Shown: one piece after another, positions 39,865 to 50,464 of the stretch
How positions within the stretch are numbered: position 1 is the first letter of the stretch
How the letters are laid out: every line of letters starts with the position of its first letter
Assembly (NCBI GenBank): GCA_017631635.1
Contig: JAGBSX010000028.1
Span: 1-59,885 of the forward strand
Length of the DNA stretch: 59,885 nt
Source of the DNA: Clostridia bacterium
Lineage (GTDB): Bacteria > Bacillota > Clostridia > Christensenellales > RUG350
Reading direction: 5' to 3'
The notes under the pieces: generated by a model
Seen by the model: the letters and a program-made list of their open reading frames with translations, nothing else
What the model was told of the DNA's origin: nothing
The model's database searches: none
Translations under genes and position numbers: made by a program

Positions 39865-40686
39865 ATGCTATATTATTCGTACCAAGATTACGTCGACAAT
39901 ATCAACCTTTGTATCAAGTTGGGATATACGGTAGAGAGGATAGGTATATCCCACGCAGGGTTGCCTATATACGCTATACACAGAGGGCGTTTTGACACTC
40001 CCCAAGTACTATTGCACGCATCTATACACGCTAGAGAGCATATCACCTCTCTGCTCCTAGAGGACCTAATGCACCACTCCACTCACGAAGTAGGAGTATG
40101 GTACGTGCCTATGCTCAACCCAGACGGTGTGAGGATAGCCACCGAGGGAGTAGGTTGGCTAGGAGAGGATAGGGCTAGATTTGTACAGAGTATATGCCCA
40201 GATACCTCTATATACAAGGCGAATATGAGAGGAGTAGATCTCAACGTCAATTTTGATGCAGGATGGTCGGAGGGAGTAGGAAACGTGAGTACACCTGCCT
40301 CCCAAGGCTACGTGGGAGTATCTCCTTTTAGCGAGAGAGAAAGTGTGGCTATCAGAGACTTTACCTACAGGGTGAGACCTAGATTGACTATATCGTACCA
40401 CTCCAAGGGAGAGGTGATATACTACACCTACCGTGGCGAAGGGGAGGAGTACGAGAGCGAGGCGCTAGAATTCGCAAGGCTATTGTCATATACGATAGCG
40501 TATTCGCCAAATAGTGCAGGTGGATACAAGGACTGGTATCTACTCAACAAGATGGGTATGGGATTGACTATAGAGATAGGTAGCGACGAGTACGAGCACC
40601 CTTATCCATATAGCGATTATCATAGGATATACAATGCGCATAGGGATATAATTAGCCTTTGCGCCAAGGTAGTGAGGAATATATGA
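39865..40686 (+). CDS. M14 zinc carboxypeptidase (gamma-D-glutamyl-mDAP peptidase-like)
   Basis: HAREH, NPDG, KAN.RGVDLN.NF, SYHS.GE, TIEIG. Confidence 0.85.
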   Translation: MLYYSYQDYVDNINLCIKLGYTVERIGISHAGLPIYAIHRGRFDTPQVLLHASIHAREHITSLLLEDLMHHSTHEVGVWYVPMLNPDGVRIATEGVGWLGEDRARFVQSICPDTSIYKANMRGVDLNVNFDAGWSEGVGNVSTPASQGYVGVSPFSERESVAIRDFTYRVRPRLTISYHSKGEVIYYTYRGEGEEYESEALEFARLLSYTIAYSPNSAGGYKDWYLLNKMGMGLTIEIGSDEYEHPYPYSDYHRIYNAHRDIISLCAKVVRNI

Positions 40687-41114
40687 ATTTTATGAAAATA
40701 GCCCTAGAGGAGGCTATGATAGCCAAGGGACTAGACGAAGTCCCCGTAGGCGCTGTCATAGTCAAGGACGGACAAGTCGTCGCTAGAGGGCATAATCTAC
40801 GAGAAAGTACCAAAGATGCTACTATGCACGCAGAGATAGTGGCTATTAGACAAGCCTGTGAGAAGATAGGTGACTGGAGACTAGAAGGTTGTGATATTTA
40901 CGTGACGCTAGAGCCTTGTCCTATGTGTATGGGGGCGATACTAAATAGCCGTGTGGCTAGAGTATATTATGGAGCGTACGATATCAAATCAGGTGCTTGT
41001 GGCTCTAGATACGATTTGAGAGAAGGGTGCTATCACAAGGCAGAGGTGACAGGTGGCGTGCTCAACGAACAATGCGCGCAGATGCTCGGTGATTATTTTA
41101 AGGAGAAGAGATAA
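40683..41114 (+). CDS. tadA: tRNA adenosine(34) deaminase
   Basis: EVPVGAVIV, HAE, WRL, TLEPCPMC.GAI, D.K.GA.GS. Confidence 0.92.
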   Translation: MNFMKIALEEAMIAKGLDEVPVGAVIVKDGQVVARGHNLRESTKDATMHAEIVAIRQACEKIGDWRLEGCDIYVTLEPCPMCMGAILNSRVARVYYGAYDIKSGACGSRYDLREGCYHKAEVTGGVLNEQCAQMLGDYFKEKR

Positions 41115-41678
41115 ATGTTGTTGATAATAGGACTAGGCAATCCAGGTAGTCAATATGATAAGACTTATCACAATATGGGATATATGACCTTAGACAAAGT
41201 GGCAGATGAGATGGGCGTGAAATTCAAAGATACCAAGTGCAAGGCGCTAGTGGCAGAGAAATTTGTCGCAGGTGAAAAGGTGGTGCTCGCCAAACCCCTC
41301 ACGTATATGAACCTATCTGGTGATAGCGTGAGAGAATTGATGGGGTATTATAAGGCTACTGCCAAGGATATCGTGGTGGTATACGACGATATTGATCTAG
41401 CGAGAGGTGGACTACGTATTCGCAAGGAGGGTAGCGCCGGCACTCACAATGGTATGAGAGATATAATAGCCAAGATAAATACCAAAGAGTTCGTGAGAGT
41501 GCGTGTGGGAGTAGGTAGACCACCAGAGTATATGGATCTCAAAGATTACGTACTGTCTAGACCTAGTGGAGAGAATTTGACGCTTATCGAGGGCGCTATA
41601 TCAAATGCTAGTCAAGCCGTAGTCAAGTATATAGATACTAGAGATATCGAAGCAGTCATGCGCACGTATCAAAAATAG
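41115..41678 (+). CDS. pth: Peptidyl-tRNA hydrolase
   Basis: IGLGNPG, HN.G, KP.TYMNLSG, DD.DL, GTHNG. Confidence 0.97.
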   Translation: MLLIIGLGNPGSQYDKTYHNMGYMTLDKVADEMGVKFKDTKCKALVAEKFVAGEKVVLAKPLTYMNLSGDSVRELMGYYKATAKDIVVVYDDIDLARGGLRIRKEGSAGTHNGMRDIIAKINTKEFVRVRVGVGRPPEYMDLKDYVLSRPSGENLTLIEGAISNASQAVVKYIDTRDIEAVMRTYQK

Positions 41679-41687
41679 GTGTATAAT

Positions 41688-44600
41688 ATGCAGTTGAGAG
41701 ATTTGTTGGCTAAACCTATATCAGTCGAATTTGGCAAAGTGATAGAGGTGCTAAATAGAGGTGGCAAGGTGTCTATATTTGGTATGGACGCCTCGCACAA
41801 GGCGCATTTGGCAGAGGAGTTGAATACCTCTGTCTTATTCGTGTGCGCTGATTTGGTCGAACAATCTCGAATATTTGAAAATATCCAAAATCTACTCAGG
41901 CTCAAGGGGGAGAGTGAAGATAGCGTACAGATATTGAGGGAGAGAGAGGACGTGTTGTCTAGACAAGCCACCCTCTCCAAAGAGCAGACTTATATGAGAC
42001 TAGAGACTCTGGACAAGTTGCTATTAGGCGAGGTGAAGTATCTCATAGCCACCCCTGAGTCTCTCATCAATTATCTACCCAACAAGGATAAATTTGTCTC
42101 AAATACCCTAGTACTACGCAAAGGCCATACTCTAGAGGATAGTCTAGCACGACAACTAGTCAATGCAGGATATCGCAGGACGGACGTGGTGGATAGCAAA
42201 GGTTGTTTTTTAAATAGAGGAGACGTGGTGGATATATATCCTATAGGCTCGCAAGCCCCCGTGAGGATAGAACTATGGGGAGATACGATAGAGACTATCA
42301 AATACTACGACCCTCTGAGTATGCAGATGCTCTCGTCAGTAGACGAGATACGTATATTGCCAGCAGTAGACGTGCTGTACGATATGCCAAACGAGGTAGT
42401 GGCAGACAAGATAAAGGGACTAGGGTACAAGTATCTGTGTCCAGATAGCGTCTCTAGGCGAAAAGTCATAGAGAGTGACGTACTACTAGATCTAGAGAGT
42501 GGAGTGTCTGCGTCAAAGTATTCGTGGATACTTCCATTTGTCAAAGAGGGTATGTCCACCATATACGATTATCTACCTAGTGATACCGTGGTAGTGTACG
42601 ACGAGTGCAAGGCGCTAGTAGACAAATTGACTACTTTGTATAGCGAGCACTCCAAGCGTGTATCCACTCTAGCAGAGAGTGGCGAATTGACTACCCAGCA
42701 TATATGCGCCATACTCCCTATGGAGCAGGTGTACAAGAGAGAGGGTAGTCTACTAGCGTATCAGCAAATCACTACTGCCAACAATATATTTAATCCAGAC
42801 TACGTAGAGAGTTTTAAGACGACTGCATTGTCTAGATATTTTAGCGATAGCCGTAGTCTCGTAGACGATTTGCTAAAATGGAGACAAAACGGCTACACGG
42901 TAGTGCTACTAGCCCCCACCCAAGATGATGCGCTATCGTTGAGCAAAGAGATAAACAAGGATATATTCGCACATTTATCCTCTATAGAGGATATACCACT
43001 AGACGCTATATCGGTGGTGGGCGCTAATATCAAGGATAGCCTAGTATTTCACAAGAGCAAGACTGTGCTTATCGGCAACTCGAGTCTTTCTCGCAAAAAG
43101 TCTAGGGCACACGCTAGGCGAAAGAGGGACAATTTCGTGATGCCCTCCTCTGGAGAATACGTAGTACACGACGTACACGGTATAGGATTGTTTAGAGGTG
43201 TCAAGCGTATACGCACGGACGTGGAGAAAGAGTATGCAGAGATAGAGTATAGAGACGGAGACCTACTATACGTGTCTGTGGAGCAAATGGACCTCGTGGA
43301 GAGGTATAGTGGCTCGGACAATCAACCTATTCTCTCCAAAATAGGTGGCAAAGAATTCTCCAAAATCAAAGAAAAAGTCAAAGCATCAGTCAAAGACCTC
43401 GCTATCAACCTAGTAGAATTGTACAAAGAAAGAGAAGAAAAGAGAGGGTTTAGGTATAGCGAAGATAGTCCTTATCAGATAGAGTTTGAAAATGCTTTTG
43501 AATACGAAGAAACCCAAGACCAACTAGTGGCAGTCGAAGAAATCAAGGCTGATATGCAGAGTGGTCGTATCATGGATAGACTACTATGTGGTGACGTAGG
43601 ATATGGCAAGACCGAGGTGGCTCTGAGGGCTATATTCAAGGCTATATTGGACGGTAAACAATGCGCTATCCTAGCCCCTACCACCATACTCTCTCAACAG
43701 CACTACAATACTGCCTTTGAGAGACTATCGCCCTATGGTATAGAGGTGGCTGTAGTCAATAGGTTCAAAAAGCCCAAAGAGATACAAAATACTCTAGTAG
43801 ACATAGCCACAGGCAAGGTAAATCTAGTGTGTGGTACGCATAGACTACTCAGCAAAGACGTGGTGTTTAGCGACCTAGGACTGCTAGTGCTAGATGAAGA
43901 ACAGAGATTTGGCGTGGAGGACAAGGAGAAGATAAAGGACCTCAAGAGAGACGTCAACGTCCTCACTCTGTCTGCTACTCCTATCCCACGTACATTGCAT
44001 ATGTCATTGTCAGGTATCAGAGATATTAGCGTGCTAGAGACTCCTCCCAAGGGTAGGCTAGCCGTAGAGACTCACGTGTGCGAACTTACCGATTCGCTCA
44101 TAGTAGACGCTGTGATGAGAGAGTACAATAGAGGTGGTCAATGTTTCGTACTATTCAACAAGGTGCAAGGTATCAATACATTTGCCGAAAAGTTGAGAAA
44201 TCTGATACCTGATATCAATATAGGTGTGGCGCACGGACAGATGTCCAACGAAGTGCTAGAGAAGAGAATAGCCGAATTTTACAATGGAGATAGTGACGTG
44301 CTACTGTCTACTACCATCATAGAAAACGGCATTGATTTGCCTAGAGCAAATACTATCATAGTCGCAAATGCCGACAAGTTGGGACTCTCCCAACTATACC
44401 AACTACGAGGTAGAGTGGGCCGTAGCGATAGACTAGCGCACGCGTACTTTACTTACGAAGAGGGCAAAGTGCTCACAGAGGACGCCTACAAGAGATTGAC
44501 GGCGCTGATGGAGTACACGGACCTAGGCTCTGGATTTAAGATAGCCATGAGAGACCTAGAGATAAGAGGTTCTGGCAATATACTAGGCAAAGAACAGTCT

Positions 44601-45137
44601 GGTCATATGGTCAAGGTAGGCTACGATATGTATCTCAAACTACTAGATGAGGCGATAGGCGAACTCAAGGGAGAGGACAAAAAACCTATACTACTCACCG
44701 ATACTCGCATAGACCTAGACGTGGGTATACCAGAGGATTACGTATTTAGCGAAAATGAGCGTATCAGGTACTACAAAGAAATCGCTAGAGTCTCTAGCGA
44801 GGACGAGGCAAATGATATAAGAGAGAGAATCAAGGCTCTACGAGGCACTATCCCCGATAGTCTAGAGAACTTGATAGTCATATCACTTATGAAGAATTTG
44901 GCAAGTAGGATAGGTGTCAAACAAATAGTATGCAATCGCACTATAGCAGGAGTGATATTTGATTCGCTAGATAGCCTCAAAAATCAAAACGTATTGTATG
45001 CTATCTCATCTATGGCAGGCAAATGTATCATACAAGCAGGTATGACTCCTATGGTTAGAGTAAATACAAATGGTAGTATCAAGGACAAAAGCCTAATAAT
45101 TTTGCAACTTTTGTTAAATGCAAACAGAGTTTTTTGA
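41688..45137 (+). CDS. mfd: Transcription-repair coupling factor
   Basis: RGDVVDI, VVH..HGIG, MDRLLCGDVGYGKTEVA, DEEQRFGV, SATPIPRT, QLRGRVGR. Confidence 0.98.
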   Translation: MQLRDLLAKPISVEFGKVIEVLNRGGKVSIFGMDASHKAHLAEELNTSVLFVCADLVEQSRIFENIQNLLRLKGESEDSVQILREREDVLSRQATLSKEQTYMRLETLDKLLLGEVKYLIATPESLINYLPNKDKFVSNTLVLRKGHTLEDSLARQLVNAGYRRTDVVDSKGCFLNRGDVVDIYPIGSQAPVRIELWGDTIETIKYYDPLSMQMLSSVDEIRILPAVDVLYDMPNEVVADKIKGLGYKYLCPDSVSRRKVIESDVLLDLESGVSASKYSWILPFVKEGMSTIYDYLPSDTVVVYDECKALVDKLTTLYSEHSKRVSTLAESGELTTQHICAILPMEQVYKREGSLLAYQQITTANNIFNPDYVESFKTTALSRYFSDSRSLVDDLLKWRQNGYTVVLLAPTQDDALSLSKEINKDIFAHLSSIEDIPLDAISVVGANIKDSLVFHKSKTVLIGNSSLSRKKSRAHARRKRDNFVMPSSGEYVVHDVHGIGLFRGVKRIRTDVEKEYAEIEYRDGDLLYVSVEQMDLVERYSGSDNQPILSKIGGKEFSKIKEKVKASVKDLAINLVELYKEREEKRGFRYSEDSPYQIEFENAFEYEETQDQLVAVEEIKADMQSGRIMDRLLCGDVGYGKTEVALRAIFKAILDGKQCAILAPTTILSQQHYNTAFERLSPYGIEVAVVNRFKKPKEIQNTLVDIATGKVNLVCGTHRLLSKDVVFSDLGLLVLDEEQRFGVEDKEKIKDLKRDVNVLTLSATPIPRTLHMSLSGIRDISVLETPPKGRLAVETHVCELTDSLIVDAVMREYNRGGQCFVLFNKVQGINTFAEKLRNLIPDINIGVAHGQMSNEVLEKRIAEFYNGDSDVLLSTTIIENGIDLPRANTIIVANADKLGLSQLYQLRGRVGRSDRLAHAYFTYEEGKVLTEDAYKRLTALMEYTDLGSGFKIAMRDLEIRGSGNILGKEQSGHMVKVGYDMYLKLLDEAIGELKGEDKKPILLTDTRIDLDVGIPEDYVFSENERIRYYKEIARVSSEDEANDIRERIKALRGTIPDSLENLIVISLMKNLASRIGVKQIVCNRTIAGVIFDSLDSLKNQNVLYAISSMAGKCIIQAGMTPMVRVNTNGSIKDKSLIILQLLLNANRVF

Positions 45138-45237
45138 TAAAATCGTTTGCCATAAACCACTTAATATAGTATACTATATTATATTTGATATTATCGCACT
45201 TCCGTTTTTTTATGGATAGAGCGTCAAGGAGAATAAG

Positions 45238-47013
45238 ATGAAGAAGAGACTAATGTGTCTAATTATCGCTTTGGCGATGGCTATGTCTTGCCTAGGAGGA
45301 TGTACCTTCTTGTACGAGGCTGGCATCATCAGAGTAGACAATGAGAAGGCATACAACTTGTCGGTAGCGACGGTGACTTATATGGACAAGACCGTCGAGG
45401 TGACCAGAGGCGAATTGGTAGAAGTATACAATGCTCAGGGTTATCAATACGTAGAGAGTTATGGCTACACGGTCAAAGATGCTTGCGACTTGTTGATTAA
45501 CCAACTCGCCAACCAAAAGATAATCAGAATATGGGGCGAGAGTCAATCTGTAGCAGGTTCAAAAGATGGACTGACTATAGCCACGTTGCTCAACGCAGAG
45601 AAACAAGAGGCTGTCACTACTATCAATGAGACTCTAAGGACCTCCTATGACCAATACCTAGACGTAGTGCTCAAGGAGATGAATATCTCCAAGGTAGAGG
45701 GAGAGTCAAACGTAGATAAGGATAGGACTGCTAGAGCGTTGCCTACTATCGAAGAAGAAGAGTTTGATAGAGAAGAATACGTGAGCGCTGATATAGCCGA
45801 GACGGATATCGACAAGAGTTTCTTCGTCGCTATCCAAGAGGAGATAACCTCCGAGACTAATGCCAAGGTCCAAAAGGCTATGAAATTAGCATTGTCTAGA
45901 TTGACTGCAGTACTATGCGCCAACTATTATCTAGACACAGCCGAAGAGTGCTACGATTATCTACTAAACAAGCAACTAATCGGTATGGTAGACGCTAATA
46001 TCTCCGACCACATCAAGAGTTTGTCTCCAGATGAGGAGGCTACCATAGACTCCAAGGTGCTAGAGGCTTACGAACTCTACAAGGATACCCAGAAGCAAAA
46101 GTACGACGCAGACGAGACCAAACTAGGTGGTGACGTCGCTGCTTATCTAGAGACACTAGTGTACGTACCTACTAGCGGTTATGGTGAGGTCAAGAACGTA
46201 CTTATCCAATTTACCGACGAGCAAAATGCTAGATACAAGGCTTACAAGGCAAAGGGATATTCGGATGAGGACAACCTAGCATTTAGAGAAAATCTAGCCA
46301 AGGAGATTACCGTTAAATTTAGTAGTGTAGATTTCTACGACTGGTACGACAACTGCTATGATGAGGATGATTATGATGATACTCATATCCTATACGACTG
46401 GAGAGACGTCGTAGTAGAGCAGAGTGGCGCTACTATCACCGAAGATATGAGCATAGATGCATTTATGCTAGAGTTGAAGGCAGACCTAGAGAGCGCTAGC
46501 GACTACGCAGGCAAAATCAAGGTAGTAGACAACTATATCTACGGATATGGCGAAGATACAGGTATGTTCAATGCCAAGAACGATTACGTAATATCTCCTG
46601 TAGATAGTGAGAATAGTTGGGTAGAAGAATTTACCGAACTAGGTCAAGCACTATGCGGTGGATACGACGATAACGAGGAGTACAAGCATATATCAAAGGC
46701 AAATCTCATCACAGGCAACTGGGGAGAGGTAGGCGCTACTGGTTGGGTAGTCACCGACTATGGTGTACACATTATCTACGTGACCAAGATAATAGGAGCA
46801 GAGGTAGATGCAGACAACTACATCACTCTCGACACGGTCATCAACCTCAAGACTGGCAAGACTCTAAGAGAAGTCATCAAAGACGGCGTAGTGGGCACTA
46901 TGCAAAACCACAAGACGACTGCATTTGAGAACGACATCTTCGAGACCAACAAGGACGATTTCACTATCGTATATCATCCAGAGAACTGGGAAGATATAGC
47001 ATTGTCCAAATAA
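45238..47013 (+). CDS. Lipoprotein, probable divergent PrsA/parvulin-type foldase
   Basis: Lipobox LGGC; V.NVLI and VVTDYGVHII resemble parvulin motifs; located directly after pth-mfd. Confidence 0.55.
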   Translation: MKKRLMCLIIALAMAMSCLGGCTFLYEAGIIRVDNEKAYNLSVATVTYMDKTVEVTRGELVEVYNAQGYQYVESYGYTVKDACDLLINQLANQKIIRIWGESQSVAGSKDGLTIATLLNAEKQEAVTTINETLRTSYDQYLDVVLKEMNISKVEGESNVDKDRTARALPTIEEEEFDREEYVSADIAETDIDKSFFVAIQEEITSETNAKVQKAMKLALSRLTAVLCANYYLDTAEECYDYLLNKQLIGMVDANISDHIKSLSPDEEATIDSKVLEAYELYKDTQKQKYDADETKLGGDVAAYLETLVYVPTSGYGEVKNVLIQFTDEQNARYKAYKAKGYSDEDNLAFRENLAKEITVKFSSVDFYDWYDNCYDEDDYDDTHILYDWRDVVVEQSGATITEDMSIDAFMLELKADLESASDYAGKIKVVDNYIYGYGEDTGMFNAKNDYVISPVDSENSWVEEFTELGQALCGGYDDNEEYKHISKANLITGNWGEVGATGWVVTDYGVHIIYVTKIIGAEVDADNYITLDTVINLKTGKTLREVIKDGVVGTMQNHKTTAFENDIFETNKDDFTIVYHPENWEDIALSK

Positions 47014-47021
47014 TACGAGAT

Positions 47022-47053
47022 AGAGGGAAGACTGACGTTTTCCCTCTGTTTTT
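47022..47053 (+). terminator. Intrinsic terminator
   Basis: AGAGGGAA-loop-TTCCCTCTGTTTTT. Confidence 0.65.
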
Positions 47054-47071
47054 AGAAAAACAGGTGATAAT

Positions 47072-48859
47072 ATGATACAAGCAAATGATTTGAGAAAGAA
47101 ATATCTAGACTTTTTTAAGGCAAAGGGACATACTGTAATACAGTCTGCATCTTTGATACCAGACAACGATCCTACCGTACTATTTACTACTGCCGGTATG
47201 CATCCACTAGTACCTTATCTACTAGGTGCTAAGCACCCTGCAGGTACTCGTCTAACCGACGTGCAGAAGTGCGTGCGTACAGGCGATATCGACGAGGTAG
47301 GAGATGCATCACACTTGACTTTCTTTGAGATGCTAGGCAACTGGTCGCTAGGAGATTATTTCAAGAGAGAGGCTATTAGTTGGAGTTGGGAGTTCTTGAC
47401 CAAAGAACTAGGTATCTCTCCAGATAGGCTAGCAGTATCAGTATTTGAGGGAGATGAGAATGCTCCAAAGGATACTGAGAGCGCAGATATATGGGCAGAG
47501 TGTGGCATGGACAGGAGTCGCATATTCTTCTTGCCTAAGAAACACAACTGGTGGGGACCTGCAGGTCTCACAGGCCCTTGTGGTCCTGATACCGAGATGT
47601 TTATCGACAACGGTAAGCCTGCTTGTAGTCCAGAGTGTAGCCCTGCTTGTAATTGTGGCAAGTATCTCGAGATATGGAACGACGTATTTATGCAATACAA
47701 CAAGACTGAGGCAGGCACGTTTGAGCCACTAAGTCAGAAGAACGTAGATACAGGTATGGGACTAGAGAGAACTATATGTATTCTCCAAGGTAAATCCTCT
47801 GTATACGACACAGACGTATTTGCTCCTGCTATATCATTGATAGAGACTCTGAGTGGCAAGAAGTACGGTGAGAGTGACGACGTGACTAGGGCTATGAGAG
47901 TGGTGGCTGACCACACTCGTACTGCTACCTTCATAATGGGCGACGACCTAGGAGTCACTCCTTCAAACGTAGACCAAGGCTACGTGCTACGTAGACTTAT
48001 TCGCCGTGCCGTGAGATTTTCTCGCACACTAGAACTACCAGAAGGTTCGCTAGAGAAGATAGCCAAGGTGTATATCGACCAATACAAAGACGTCTACAAA
48101 GAACTAGAGAGAAATGCCGACAAGATACTCAAAGAGTTTAATCTAGAGGTCACTAGATTTGAAAAAACTCTAGCGCAAGGTATCAAAGAGTTTGACAAAG
48201 TAGCATTTTATCTAGAGAAGTCAGGCAACACCTCCATAAGTGGAAAGTTGGCGTTTAAGTTGTACGACACCTTTGGATTCCCTATAGAGATGACTGTCGA
48301 ACTCGCTAGCGAGAAGGGTATGAGCGTAGATATCGAAGGCTTCAACAAAGCATTTGAGGAACACCAACTCAAGTCCCAAGCAGGCGCAGAGAAGAAGTTT
48401 AAGTGTGGACTAGCAGACGATAGCGAGGAGACTGTCAAATTGCATACTGCTACACACCTATTGCACGCAGCCCTACGCAAGGTACTAGGTACGGAAGTAG
48501 CCCAAAAGGGTAGTAATATCACTCCAGAGAGACTACGTTTTGACTTTAGTTTTGAGAGGGCTATGACTGCTGACGAGATCAAACAAGTAGAGGATCTAGT
48601 CAATGAGTACATCAAGGCAGGCGTAGAGATTACTTGCGAAGAGATGAGTGTAGAGGACGCCAAGAGTGCCGGTGCTATAGGTCTATTTATGGACAAGTAC
48701 GGCGAGGTAGTCAAAGTGTACACTATGGGTGAGTATAGCAAAGAAATATGCGGAGGACCTCACGCATCAAATACAGCCGACCTAGTATCATTTAAGATAC
48801 TCAAGGAGCAATCCTCATCTTCGGGTGTGAGACGTATCAAGGCTGTCATAGGTCAATAA
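47072..48859 (+). CDS. alaS: Alanine--tRNA ligase (short form, no C-Ala domain)
   Basis: DPTVLFTTAGM, H.TFFEMLGNWS.GDYFK, GPCGP..E, DTGMGLER, HTATHLL, EICGGPH, GVRRI. Confidence 0.97.
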   Translation: MIQANDLRKKYLDFFKAKGHTVIQSASLIPDNDPTVLFTTAGMHPLVPYLLGAKHPAGTRLTDVQKCVRTGDIDEVGDASHLTFFEMLGNWSLGDYFKREAISWSWEFLTKELGISPDRLAVSVFEGDENAPKDTESADIWAECGMDRSRIFFLPKKHNWWGPAGLTGPCGPDTEMFIDNGKPACSPECSPACNCGKYLEIWNDVFMQYNKTEAGTFEPLSQKNVDTGMGLERTICILQGKSSVYDTDVFAPAISLIETLSGKKYGESDDVTRAMRVVADHTRTATFIMGDDLGVTPSNVDQGYVLRRLIRRAVRFSRTLELPEGSLEKIAKVYIDQYKDVYKELERNADKILKEFNLEVTRFEKTLAQGIKEFDKVAFYLEKSGNTSISGKLAFKLYDTFGFPIEMTVELASEKGMSVDIEGFNKAFEEHQLKSQAGAEKKFKCGLADDSEETVKLHTATHLLHAALRKVLGTEVAQKGSNITPERLRFDFSFERAMTADEIKQVEDLVNEYIKAGVEITCEEMSVEDAKSAGAIGLFMDKYGEVVKVYTMGEYSKEICGGPHASNTADLVSFKILKEQSSSSGVRRIKAVIGQ

Positions 48860-48879
48860 AGAAATAAGATAAAAACTGG

Positions 48880-49377
48880 ATGAAAGTTAGTATTGATAGC
48901 AATAAAAAATTAAATAGTAAAGTTCTTTGTGAAGAATATTTTTCATTACAAGTTGATTTTGGATATGAATTAAACAAAATAAATTCTTTTTTTCAAATAA
49001 ATAATGGGGATTCTCAATCTTTGGAGATTTCAGTAAACGAAAACAGCGAATTATCTAAAGTTATTCTTTTGTGTAGTGAAGATTTTACGATTATTGAAGA
49101 AAAGATTGATATAAATAATTGTATAGAGGGAGTGATTTCTTTTTCAGAGTTTTCAAATATTAATAGCGAAATGTTTAATATTGAGGTTTATAACAATGCT
49201 ATTAGATTACAATTAAGTTCAGCTTGTGAATATAAAAAATATCGCCAAGGTAATTTGATTTTGTCTTTAGATGAAGAAGGTAAAGTAGTATCAATTATGG
49301 TAATAAATCTTAAAGAAAAAGAACGACATCATATAATTGAAGAACTGCAATTTAGTAAAGAAGAAAGGTTAAGTTAA
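48880..49377 (+). CDS. AT-rich hypothetical protein
   Basis: 165-aa ORF, sharply lower GC than flanking genes. Confidence 0.6.
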   Translation: MKVSIDSNKKLNSKVLCEEYFSLQVDFGYELNKINSFFQINNGDSQSLEISVNENSELSKVILLCSEDFTIIEEKIDINNCIEGVISFSEFSNINSEMFNIEVYNNAIRLQLSSACEYKKYRQGNLILSLDEEGKVVSIMVINLKEKERHHIIEELQFSKEERLS

Positions 49378-49378
49378 T

Positions 49379-49419
49379 AAAAAGAGGTTTGTTAAAAAAT
49401 GTTTAACAAGCCTCTTTTT
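49379..49419. terminator. Bidirectional terminator
   Basis: AAAAAGAGGTTTGTTAAA-loop-TTTAACAAGCCTCTTTTT. Confidence 0.75.
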
Positions 49420-49507
49420 GATATTCTGTTTTTAATCGCTATGACTATTACGGTAAATAGTGGATTTTTTGTCTCTACGCGCGTGCGTGCGTATTTATAT
49501 GGTATAG

Positions 49508-49981
49508 TTATTTGACACCATACTCCTTGGTGGCACGTTCTATGGCACGGCGTTGGTCCTTGAGTGCGATAGACTCCCTCTTGTCGTGCAGTTCTTTGCC
49601 CCTGCATAGCGCTATCTCTACCTTGACTAGCGCTTGTTTGAAATACACTCTCACGGGTACTAGGGTGTAGCCCTTTTGGGTGACTTTTTGGCGAAGTTTT
49701 CTAATCTCACTCTTGTTGAGTAGTAGTAGTCTGTCTCTCCTAGGGTCTCCGTTTGAAAAACTGCCCTTGTCGTAGGGAGATACGTGCATACCACACAAAA
49801 CGACCGTACCGTCTCTACGTATGAGTACGTACGAATCCTTGAGGTTGAGATTGCCTAATCGTATAGATTTGACCTCGCAACCTGTGAGTATGACACCTGC
49901 CTCGTAGGTATCTTCGACAAAATAGTCGTGATATGCCTTGCGATTGGTGGCTACTGTGTTGTTGGTGGTAGATAATTTCAT
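49508..49981 (-). CDS. smpB: SsrA-binding protein
   Basis: NRKAYHDYF, EAG..L.G.EVKS.R, R.LLL.K.EI, GK..HDKR. Confidence 0.98.
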   Translation of the reverse strand: MKLSTTNNTVATNRKAYHDYFVEDTYEAGVILTGCEVKSIRLGNLNLKDSYVLIRRDGTVVLCGMHVSPYDKGSFSNGDPRRDRLLLLNKSEIRKLRQKVTQKGYTLVPVRVYFKQALVKVEIALCRGKELHDKRESIALKDQRRAIERATKEYGVK

Positions 49982-50029
49982 AATTTTTTTAATAAAAAGG
50001 ACAGTCGGCAGACTGTCCTCGGTTTCTCC

Positions 50030-50320
50030 TTATAGTACGTTGATAAGTGTGACGAATATAGATATAACCACGATAGATACGGCTATACCGACAGTCAAAC
50101 GTTTGAACATAGCTTGTTTGGTATGACCTTTGTTGCGACTGAAGTAGGTATCAGTAGCGCCTGTCATAAAACTCATCTTCTCTGCGTCGCTATCTTGTTG
50201 AAGGACTATGATTATCATAATGACAGATAGTATCAACAATATAATTGTGAGTACTGGCAACAACCACGCTAGGACGTTACCATCAAATATATATATCTTG
50301 GACATGAGATTGTTTAGCAT
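50030..50320 (-). CDS. secG: Preprotein translocase subunit SecG
   Basis: Two TM segments, VLQQ, G.....F...K linker; upstream of smpB. Confidence 0.85.
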   Translation of the reverse strand: MLNNLMSKIYIFDGNVLAWLLPVLTIILLILSVIMIIIVLQQDSDAEKMSFMTGATDTYFSRNKGHTKQAMFKRLTVGIAVSIVVISIFVTLINVL

Positions 50321-50464
50321 AATAATTCCTCCACAAAGGGTATGTTTGTTAGCCATACTATAATAACATATACCACCCCAAAAGACAAGTGTTTTGTTAA
50401 AATTCGCCGATTATTTTGAAAAATACTTTGCAAATGCTGTATATAATGGTATAATTATCATATT

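Noticed and set aside
49476-49494. Alternating purine-pyrimidine run TACGCGCGTGCGTGCGTA after smpB
   Set aside because: Short and single; no evidence of function beyond a possible weak hairpin
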